NCBI GenBank assembly: GCA_010405405.1
Contig: MU004230.1
Location: 3,568,627 to 3,632,626, forward strand
Reading direction: 5' to 3'
Source of the DNA: Microthyrium microscopicum
Lineage: Eukaryota
DNA length: 64,000 nucleotides
The stretch's first letter is position 1, and each line of letters opens with the position of its first letter. Shown piece after piece: positions 53,423-64,000 of this stretch. The notes below the pieces were generated by a model. The model saw only the letters and a list, made by a program, of their open reading frames with translations, was not told where the DNA came from and did not search any database. The translations under genes were made by a program, and so were the position numbers.

Positions 53423-56400
53423 ATATTACTAGAATAATAAAATAGAATAAATTAGGTATATTAAAATAGGAAAGCTTCTAGCTAAGATTATTCTTTCTAA
53501 CGTTTACTTTCTCTTTAAAAATAATCCTTACTATACTTTCTCTATAATATTATTACTTCCTTATACTTCTATAGCTTCTATATCTAAATAGTACTAATAA
53601 ATAGATTATATTAGTAAAGCTATAGTATCTTATATAGAATACGTTACTAAAGATATAAAAATTATTCTAAACGTTATCTTTTCTAGAGATGCTAAAGATA
53701 ATAACTATTTTTATAAAATTTATATTAAAATAAAGTAAAAGAAATAAATCTCTTATTAACTAATAAATTTAGGCTTAAAGCCCTTTAAGAAACTTTATAT
53801 TAATTTAATTTAGATTAAGAAAGGCTATAACGATAATTATTAGATTATCTATACTTACTATACTATTATAAAGTTTTATCTACTAGAAATACTTCCTTAA
53901 AAAATATAAGAGAACTATATTTAATTCTTATACTACGTGCTTACTATTATTAAGAATATAAGTTATAAAGTAGGTAATATTAAATATAAGGTCCTTTAAA
54001 TCTATAGGGATTATAAGGCTATAATAGGTAAAAAGTAGGATAATAAGATCTAGCTAAATAGTATTATTAAAGAACTATTCGTACCTTATATTACTTTATA
54101 AAATAGTCTTATAGAAGTATTAGGATAAATCCTAATATTTATTATAAAAGTACTAAAATAATATAGTAGCCTTCTAGATATATTATAGCCTAAACTTACT
54201 TACTTAGTAGTTTATTTATTTAATAGGATCCTAAAGAAGTAGCTAAACTAGAGAATATCCTTTAAAATAGTATTTAAATAAGTACTAGATCTCTTATTAG
54301 TCTAAATTATTAGCTTAAAAGCCTATATTTATAATCTTAATATTCTAAAGCTTAAGAAGCTTTAATCTTACTTAATTAAAGGCTAGCTAATAAGTTATAC
54401 TAGAAGTAATATCTTTAGGGTCTAGATTCCTTTAAATAACTATATTATTAAAGTATAAGATATTATAATTAATAAAACTATTAAATTTAACGCTACTACG
54501 CTTACTATAATTAATAATTAATCTACTAATATATCCCTAAATATACTACTCTCTTATCTTAAAATAGACGTTAGTAGTAGTATATTTAACCTATAAGAAG
54601 CTAAATAATAGCTTAATTAAAATTAGGAAGTATAGGATACTTAATAGTAAGAATAAGATAGCTATTAGACTTCTAAAAATAATTCTAATTAATTTATATT
54701 TAATAACTAGCTAATAATGCCTAATCCTACACTATTACTATTATTTTAGCCTTCTTTATAATATCTAATACCTTCTATAAGTCTATTACCTACTTAAGAA
54801 TATACTAAATTAAGAGAGAATACTCTAAAAAATTCTACTCTTATAATTCTACTAGTACTACTATTAGCTACCTTAATAGCTTATATAAAATAATAGTATA
54901 TTACTAAGTATAAATAAGAGATCTAAGCCTCTTAAAATATCTCTATACGCGTTATAAGAAGTAGTTATATTCTTAAGGACTATTAATCTAGCACTCTATA
55001 AACCTTACTCCCTTACCTTATTATATTATATATTCTTTATAGCTTTAGTTTAATATTACTATAAAAAAGATATATTAGAATTACTAAAAATATAGTCTAA
55101 AATAATAAAATGCCCTAATTAAGACTAGTATCTTTTAGCTACTAGAATTAAGATTAAAATACTTTAAGAATAAGGTATATTTAAAGAGGTCTATACTTCT
55201 TAAACTAATAAGCCTATTCTACCTTTAAAGTAGGTATTCTTAAAGAAATATAATTTAAATAGCTTTTTTCTTAAATATAAGGCTAGAATCTATATAAGAG
55301 AAGATCTATAGTACTAAAATTTAGAACTAGAGATTTATACTACTATTAGAGCTTACTATATATTATATATAATTCTTATACTAATAGCTATATTTAATCT
55401 AGATCTTTACTAATTTAATACTATAAATATCTTCCTAAATACTATTCTAGATAAAATAGTTTTAGTTTAATACTCTAAAGGCTTTAATATCCTTAAAAAG
55501 GTCTTACTACTTTACTATACTCTTTATAGACTATTAAGATCTTTATTATTATAATATTAAAATATAAGAGCTATCCTCTATATAATAAAGTTTAAGCCTA
55601 TTCTAAAAGACTTTTGCCTCTTTAAATACATTTAGTATTTTATTTTCCTCTTTTATTATATTAATAACTTTCTCCTTCTTTTATTAAAAGTATATTAAGT
55701 AAAAATAAATAAGATAAAATATAAATTTAGTATATACTACGCTATAAAGGATTTAGGTATTTTAAAAAGCTTCCTTAATATTTAAATACTTTAAGATTAA
55801 GCTAATTAAAAGCTCTAGATTTTATAAGACTAGTATATTAATAAAATTAGTACTAAATTCTAACTTAATATTATAAAGAAGACTAAATATATTATTTCTA
55901 TCTTAAATTTTATTAAACTTATTCTAAATAAAGAATAAGTATCTAAAGATTAGATCTATACTTTCTAAATACGTTATAGCTCTATAATCTACCCTATAAT
56001 AGTATATAAGCTAGATATCTATTATATAGCTTCTTATTTAAGCTATTTTAATTAGAATCCTTTTAAGCTTTACTACTATAAAATTAAGAGAACTATTCTA
56101 TATCTTTAAGTAATAAAATACCTTATGTTTAAATATTATAAAACTATTAAAGTATCTACTACTAGTAAAAAAGTATTTCTTATAGCCTATAATACTATAT
56201 TTATAGATAATTAGAAGACTTAAAGATTAACCTAAGGCTTCTTATTTAACTTATTTAGAAAACCTATTAGCTAGTAATCTTTATACTAAAAGATAGTCTT
56301 AATATCTATAATAGAAGTAAAACTTCTATCTTTCTTAAATACTTTAAAAGAGCTAATTTTAATCTAACGCTTCTTCTTATAGCTTAAGTTTAATCCTAAT

Positions 56401-56906
56401 ATTAAAATACTAATATTAAATAATAATACCTAAATAGTAGGTATTATAATAAAGTAGGCTTAGCTTTTATTTTTTAAATTAAAGTATATTAATATATATT
56501 AGTTCTAGCTTTATTAAGAAGTTATAAAGAACTATATCTCTATTAAATAGGTTCTTATAGGTAAGATATTAGTAAATAGTTTAATAAAAGCTCTCTCTCT
56601 ATAAGAATATAAGAAGTTTAAAAAAATACTAAATTTAATAAATATAAAGTACTTAGTACTAGCTTAGGAAGATTCTTCTTAGAATACTATAAATACTTTT
56701 ATTACTACTATAAATTACTAAATCTTCTATATTTTTATATAAGCTAGATTTCTTATACTAAGGCTACTTAATAGTACTCTTTATTTTTTATTTTAACTAG
56801 TTTTAATATTTTAATAGCTTAGTTTTAGAAAACTTAAAAATTAATATTCTTTTATACTTAATATTAAGTATATCTTAAAATTTATAGGTTAGAAACTTAG
56901 AAGGTA

Positions 56907-57201
56907 TAATAAAAAGTTTATTCTAAACCTTAGATTTATACTAGTTTTAATCTAGGATTAAGAAGTAGAAATACTAAAATTTAACCTTTATTAGCTATTA
57001 TATCTTTTTGCCTTTTCTACTCCTTTTTATATATTACTTTTACCTTTATTATAGCTTAAATTCTAGGCTCTAAGAAGACACGTTTTATATCTTTAATAGG
57101 GTATAAATACTATAGTTATTATAGTAGTTAGTTAATTAGATTCTTTAATGTTCTCTTTACTAATTCTGCATTCCCTAAGCTGCACGGACCGTATTCCGTT
57201 A
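56907..57201 (+). repeat. Copia 3' LTR
   Basis: Direct repeat of 35419-35713, followed by TSD CATCG. Confidence 0.9.
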
Positions 57202-57864
57202 CATCGTAAGGCTGAAGTCATTATACCATAAGGCTGACACATTTCTGCTCTTCATCATACATTGAAGCTTGGGTACTTTAATGCTCTAGAAAATGCTTTG
57301 CACTTTGCAAATCCAGGGTGTGTATTCTCATGCTTTATTATCTACCCAAGTACAGGGAGAAGCTAAATGTCCACCATTTTGGCCCATCTTCAGCCATGAA
57401 AATTAGGCCTAGAGGGTAAACTTTTAAGAAAGCGTGCCAGAGAAACAGATATAGCTAGTCTAACAACCGATGAGAGATAAGTGGTGTTCTTTGACCTGTC
57501 AGATTCCATGCATCTGTTTGTGTACTTTCAAAAGTAGATTATATTAACAGACCCTAAAGTAAAGCCCGCAAAGATAAGTATTATGAACTTCGCCGACCAC
57601 TCGACACTAGCTTTACCCCATACTTCAGATATAGTGCCCCTCTCGCCTATGTCTCCTGACTTAGCAAGAAATGAATCTCGCTACAGCAAAACTGATATTG
57701 ATTCCGGGTTTGAGACCATCAGCAAAATCAATCTGATGTGTCTTCGCCGAACATGTATTCGTCGACTCGCCGATTATTTAAAACTTGCTCACAGTGTCGC
57801 CTGATGCGAATAGTGAAGCTGGAAGATTTCCAAATACTGCATATCGACTTGGTTCTAGGCACAA

Positions 57865-57873
57865 TATATATAA
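57865..57873 (+). promoter_or_regulatory. TATA box upstream of the multicopper oxidase
   Basis: TATATATAA about 105 bp before ATG 57977. Confidence 0.45.
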
Positions 57874-57976
57874 GGGCAGCGTCCGATCATGCAATTGTTC
57901 TAGTGCAAGTCGCAAATACCTAGTGCTTTCCATAAAAATTCGTTCTTGTGGAAGTTGTTCTTCATCTCTCATCAAG

Positions 57977-60315
57977 ATGCTGACACCATCTCATACCCAT
58001 TGGTCGCTAGCTTTGCTGCTCGCTTTTACATCACTTGCTCAAGGCGAAACCTCTGCGCCTCGATCGCGCAGAAGTCCAGTTTATAAGAACGCTTTTCAAC
58101 AACCACTACCGATCCCAGCAATCAAGGAACCTCTAGCTACCTATACCCACCCTGACACTGGAGTACCGATCGACTTTTACCAACTTGAGGTCAAGGATTT
58201 TGAAAAGCAGTTTTATCCAGAATTAAAGAAAGCGAAAGTTAAAGGCTATGATGGGACTTTCCCAGGACCTACATTTCGCGTGGAAAAGGGTCGAGAGACT
58301 GTTGTGAGACTTGTAAATAGAGCCAGCAACACTTCCAATTTGCATCTTCATGGCTCTTACAGTCGATCACCATGGGACGGCTGGGCAGATGATGTTGTGA
58401 AGTCAGGAGAGTATAAAGATCACTATTATCCAAATTCCGTCAATGGGCGTACTATCTGGTATCATGTAAGCTTCAACACACTATAATTCTTCAGACTCGA
58501 GGGGCTAACATGTTTAGGATCACTCTAACCATTTCGACGCAGTAAACGTCTACAGTGGCCTTTTCGGCATGTATCAAATCATAGACTCAAAACTCGACGA
58601 AAAAATCGGCATACCAAGCGGTCCAAAATACGACATTCCACTAATTCTATCATCCCACTACTTCACTGCCGACGGCGATTTGACAGACGAGTCGAAAGAA
58701 AAGTCAAGCATCTACGGAGATACCTGGCTAGCCAATGGTCAGATCCAACCTTTCCTCCAAGTTGAGCCACGAAAATATCGCTTCCACGTACTCAACGGCG
58801 CAGTGTCTAGAACACTCAACTTCACCATCGAAGACGCAAACCAGGCCATTTCATTCTCAGTCATCGGTAGCGACAGTGGCATCATGGCATCACCAGCTAG
58901 CACCAAATCTCTTGTAGCAACCATGGCAGAGCGCTGGGAAATTGTCGTTGACTTTGCGCCATATGCTGGGAAAAGCTTGACGATGCGAGCGACCAATATG
59001 TGGTCAGATATGGAGTTCGCGGACAGTGATAAGATTATGCAATTCCGCGTCGGTGGCGCTCCTGGACCGGCTAGCAGATACGTGGATCAAAAGTCGGCGC
59101 TTCCAGAACGATTTGCTGGTGTTGATGCACAATTTCCCGTTGATAGGATCTCGGCGACGAGAGACTTTAAAATGGTGAGCCATATGGATCTTATGTGGGG
59201 CATCAACTCGTACCACATGGACGATCCAATGAAGAGAGTGCTGATGAGGCCTCCACTTGGGACAATCGAGAAGCTGATCTTCAGAAGTTCGGGAATGGGA
59301 ATGGGTGGCATGGGAAATAGTGCAAGCGGGAGCTCAGGTGGCATGATGGGTGGTCATGGGACGTCTGATAGCAAGAGCGAGCCTACAACTTCGCCCAGCA
59401 TGAGCGGACACGGAAGCTCTACAGGCATGGCAAATCATGGTACTTCCAGCGGTACGATGAATCAAGGAAGTGGAGACAAGGCTGCTCCTGCGTCACAATC
59501 CGGCAGCCATGCAAGTCATCACGGCGGCTCTGGAGGAAACATGGGAGGCATGATGAATGGTATGAAGAGGTCGCTCGTTCCAAGTGCCAAGTTCCAGAAA
59601 AGGCAAATGGAAGGGATGGGAGGAATGTCATCTGGTACTGGTTCAACCTCGTATTGGACACACAGTATTCACCTACATCTTGTGGTAAGTTTCCAGCTCT
59701 TCTACCGTTGACCATAGCTAACGAAATCAGGATATGAAAATCGTCTCTCGTCGCAAGGAAGACCCCACCAAACTGGATGGCCGAGATTATCTGGAGAGCT
59801 ACGAAAAGAACGCAGTAAAAGATATCATATTGCTTGGAAGCAACGAGGTAGTTGAAGTGCTGGCAAAGTATCAACCATATCCAGGGGTCTACATGTGGCA
59901 TTGCCATAATGCAGTCCACGAAGACAACGGAATGATGGCAGTTATGAACGTCACGAGGCTGAAAGACTTTGGCTATACTGAACTCGATTCTCAGCTGGAA
60001 GATCCCATGGATCAGCGATTTCGAGCCCAAAAGTACACTGGCACTGATATCGAGGATGTCAAAACCAAGATCCTCCCTGGCTTTGCGAAATTGAAAGCAT
60101 ATCCGGATCCACATAAGCTTGAGGAGTTTGAAAACAAGTACTGGTCATCTAAATCACTGCCATCGGCAGAGGAGAGTGGTGAGAACGTTGTTCCAAACAC
60201 GGATCCGGACAAACAAGCGATGCATAATTCTCATCATGGGACAGCCACAAGTACTGGGACGAGTCCCCAAAGCACTACGGCTCCTGGCGCACATGGAAAT
60301 CACCATGGGAGCTAG
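57977..60315 (+). CDS. Secreted multicopper oxidase, bilirubin oxidase/CotA type, with a Met/Gly/Ser/His-rich insertion; introns 58466-58517 and 59685-59730
   Basis: Signal peptide; all four Cu motifs HLHG, WYHDH, WTHSIHLHLV, YMWHCHNAVHEDNGMM; BOD-like SRSPWDGWADD and DPMDQRFRA. Confidence 0.93.
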
Positions 60316-60555
60316 GCAAACGACTCGTATATCAGTGAAGAGTCTATGAAGAAATGTGTATAGAGTTCTAAGAAATGCAATCCATGTGTTGAAGCGTAAT
60401 CGATTGAACATAATAAGTCCCAATGTATGATTTTTGAAAAGATAATCAGACAAATTGAGCAGTTCTAGAATCGATCACCAGACGGGAGAAACAAATTGTA
60501 ATATAAATTTAGTGCGACTGATTAAGTTTGGGGATACTGTACTGTGAAGACAACA

Positions 60556-63202
60556 TAGAGATGCAGCCCTCGCGTAAGTGGTATACCATTATACCACCAA
60601 GACACTAATTATCCAATCAGCATCCAGCATCCCACTTCACCAAAAACACCAATATTAGAATGCCATCACAACTTTGCAATTACTCAACTAAATACAATAT
60701 TTTTAGTATTATTTTAAATATTAAGATCCCCCTTAAACCCCTATATACTTATTTAGCTATCTAGTATATAATTTATAACTACATCTATTGCCACCTAAGT
60801 TAATTCCTTCTTTATCATAGTATCTTTAATTACGAGCTTATTTACTACTTTACTAACTTTACTAAGTTTTCCTCTATTAAATTAGATTACTAATGCTTAA
60901 AAAGTAGCTTATTTAATACATCTTCTTCTAGATAATCTATATTATACTAACAACAAGGTTTAAATAGTAAACTACTAATATAATAGGCCCTTAGCTATAC
61001 TATAAGTTAATTAAGCTTCTTCCTATTTATATAGCTAAAAATAAGCATATTTATATAAATATATAATAGTTATATACGATAAGGATTCTAGACCTAATTT
61101 AGCATTAAAAAGGCTCTCTCTAACGATACTAAGTTAGCTATAGTTTCAAATAGCCTAATAGCAACGTTAGCAAGTCTAGGAACTGCTATTTAAAGACATT
61201 CTTAGAAGTAAAGCAATAATTAATAAGTCTAAGCTTCTCCTTTATCCTAAGAGGTTAAAAATACACCTTCTTATCTTCTAAAGGCTTTAAATTTAAGGGA
61301 TATCTTAAAAATCTTTTTTTTAGCTTTTACTCTATTAATTTCGCTAGTAAAAGCTCAAGCTTCAAATCATCTATAGATAGCTTTAATTATAATATTATAT
61401 CGCGTTATTAAGAGAGATTAATTACGTTTAATAGTAGTAGGATTAAGGGCGTAGGCTAGTTAGTTATTAATAGTAATTTATATATTTTATTATTTATTAA
61501 GAAGACGAAGAAGATCTTACTAAATATTATAAATTCCCTTAATTTTAGGATATTCTTTAGTAATATTTAACTAGTAAGATCTAATTCTAAACTAGCCCTT
61601 TATTGCCCTTCTTAAATAATATTTTAATCCCTCTAAGTCCTTTTAAGTAATATAAATAGGCTCTAAGATATAGTAAAGAAATTTAACATCTCACTAGAAC
61701 TTAGCGTCTTTTAAAGTATTAAAAACAGGCTTATTTTTAGCTTAAGCTATATAGGTATCTTTAAGAACCTAAATAAAGTAAGTAAAAGCTTTAAAGGCTA
61801 ATTTACTTCTCTTTACTAATTATATAACCCTAAATTATAATCCCTAGCAAGTAATTACTAATAAACTTAGGCCATAGGTCTTCCAAAGCTTATTAAGCTA
61901 AAACTTACAAAATTATTTAAAGTATAACGGCCTTATTTTAAACTAAATAGCTACTTTAGTAATCCATAATAGAATAGCTTTTAGTAGTCTAATTTTATCT
62001 AGAATATTACCTATTAGTAGCTAAAAACTATAGGAATTATAGAGAATTATTACGTACTTTTTAAATACTTATTAAGAGTATTTATTAAGAATATTTATAA
62101 TAGCACGTATAGTAGGACAAATATTAGAGATAATTAAGTTTACGCACGTTAGATCTCTCTCCATTTATTAATTAAGAGCTTTTAGAAAATATAAAGCTAA
62201 ATTTAAAGATGTTATATATTCTTTACTTAAATTAATATTTTTAAGAAAGAAGGAACTAAATAATAGCATAATAATATAGAAATTAGCTATCTAGCGACTT
62301 ACTTTATCTATAGTTTTATTTAGAGAGAAGTTAAGAAGAGGTTAATTCCTAAATATGCTTTTTAGCTTTAGTAGATCTTTATTATAGAGCTCTTAGATAA
62401 AAGCTAGTATTTATCTTCTTTATAAAGGTAAATAAGTAGAAATACCTATTAAATTTATAGATTTAATTTTATACGCGTAGGTTATTAAATATAATATTTT
62501 ATCGTACGTATTAAGTAGTAAAGCTTCTTAAATTACTCTCTTTATATATTATCAATCCTATCTAATTTATTACTAAATACGTAAAATTGCTATAGAAGAT
62601 TAACTAATAATAAGAGCTATAATAGAAATAGTTGGAATCCATCTCTCTTTATAAGAATGTTCTTCTTATTATTTAAGATGTTTTTAAAGAGAATAAGTAC
62701 AATAACAGCATTATTATTACTTCTTTACAGTAGGATTAGGATTAGGTAATAATACTTAGTATTATAGTATATATACTCATTTATTTTAAGTTTAATTTAC
62801 TCATCTTAGAGCTATTTTGGCTAAAAGATTACAATATTTTTAGAGGTAGATTAGAGTTATAAATATTACTTAAATTATATTAAATCTAATACTACTATAT
62901 AGAGCTAAATAAGAAGAATACGTAGCTATTAAAATCTTTATTATTTAGAAGCTAAATATTAAAGTAATTGTCTAGTAAAGTTAAGCATATTCTTAGTTAG
63001 TAAAAAGATATAAGATATTATAAGAAAATCTAATTTAAAGGTACACTAATTCCTATTTAGTAGTTAAGTTTCTTATACAAATACATATCCTCTTATTATA
63101 CTAATTATATACTATATACCACTACGGATTAGTATACTATAAATAACGGCGGTATACGACGGATCTTGGTATACCGCGTAAGTAAGAAATACTGCATCAC
63201 TA
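60556..63202 (-). mobile_element. RIP-inactivated hAT DNA transposon, 2647 bp
   Basis: TIRs TAGAGATGCAG / TAGTGATGCAG; exact 8-bp TSD AGACAACA (60548-55, 63203-10); minus strand ~61110-61200 reads LANVAIRLFETIANLVSLERAF, the hAT dimerisation ANSV.SERAFS motif after RIP. Confidence 0.9.
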
Positions 63203-63412
63203 AGACAACAACTTTACACAGCCACAATATGTGTTCAGAGGGCAACCGTGAGTGGTCGAGGTTCCTCGAAGTCAATACACTACGCCGCATTTAAACATAC
63301 ATCCCTTTCTCTCTCTTCAACAATCTTCTCTCACCACATTATCGCCTCTTTTGCCTCTCCATCTTCGATCAACAGTTGCACGCATACATCGTCTGTATCA
63401 CCAACCGCGAAC

Positions 63413-64000
63413 ATGGGCTACGAGGAGTTCTCCGTCTCCATGACCAACCGGTCTCTCCGCACCGTCAAAGCAGTCCGTACCCATTTCTCCAGACCTGCTT
63501 CGACAATAAACTAACCTCTCCTAGGAACTCGAATTCCTCGCCGATAACGATGTGATCTCCCGCTCCCAACTCTCTACCATGCTCTCCCAACTCCCTACCG
63601 AAACTACCATCCACGCCGGCAGCGCGCCTACCAACAACATTGCCCTACCTGTCCGCTCCAACGGACTCGCCGCCAACCATAACAACAATAGCTACAACGA
63701 AAAAGTGGACACCTACCAGCAGCAGCAACCCGCATACAACGCGCCTCCAGCGTATAACCCCACACCGTCTCCTGCACCACCACCGCCCGCCCCCGCTGTG
63801 CTCTGCCGCGCAGTCGCGCTCTACAACTACCCCGGCACCGACGCCGGCGACCTGCCACTAGATGTAAATGACCACGTGAGCGTGCTCGAGTACACAAATC
63901 AGGAGTGGTGGAAGGGCAAGAGCGAGCGCACTGGACAAGTTGGTATTTTCCCGCGCAGCTATGTAAGGCTAGATGAGGCGAACAAGGGGCCGGCGCCAAG
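63413..64000 (+). CDS. SH3-domain protein, LSB1/PIN3-like; 3'-partial; intron 63473-63524
   Basis: MTNRSLRTVKA-ELEFLADNDVI..QLSTMLSQLP; Pro-rich linker; SH3 ALYNY...GDL...EWWKGKSERTGQVGIFPRSYV. Confidence 0.85.

Larger units (their letters stand above)
35419..57201 (+). mobile_element. RIP-inactivated Ty1/Copia LTR retrotransposon (~7 kb of own sequence) interrupted by two nested elements
   Basis: 295-bp LTRs at 35419-35713 and 56907-57201; TSD CATCG (35414-18, 57202-06); GTTATAAGCC after the 5' LTR; RIP-degraded integrase precedes RT (YYVDDF-like ~55655) and RNase H (PISWQS..STTEAE-like ~56265). Confidence 0.9.

Overview
Filamentous ascomycete (Pezizomycotina-type) genomic DNA. Gene-dense ~50% GC blocks with short GT-AG introns alternate with AT-rich, RIP-mutated transposon blocks. 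Conserved genes: RPC40, complex I 49-kDa subunit, TOS1-like glycosidase, PEX13, UBE2W-like E2, a class C J-domain protein, a HET-domain protein, NPP1, a phenol-hydroxylase-like FAD monooxygenase, a DUF1776 protein, a bilirubin-oxidase-type multicopper oxidase and a partial LSB1/PIN3-like SH3 gene. Five RIP-destroyed mobile elements have boundaries resolved by TIR/LTR/TSD: a Tc1/IS630-like element (19.7-23.4 kb), a Copia element (35.4-57.2 kb) carrying a nested Gypsy and a nested LINE, and a hAT element (60.6-63.2 kb). The most striking unexplained signal is at 12.5-24.7 kb: five divergent single-exon microprotein genes (one pseudogenised; 84-100 aa when intact) made almost entirely of DnaJ-type CxxCxGxG zinc-knuckle repeats with 13-residue spacing. 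They flank a J-domain gene that lacks its own zinc finger and end next to the HET-domain gene. All family assignments come from motif recognition by eye; no searches were run.
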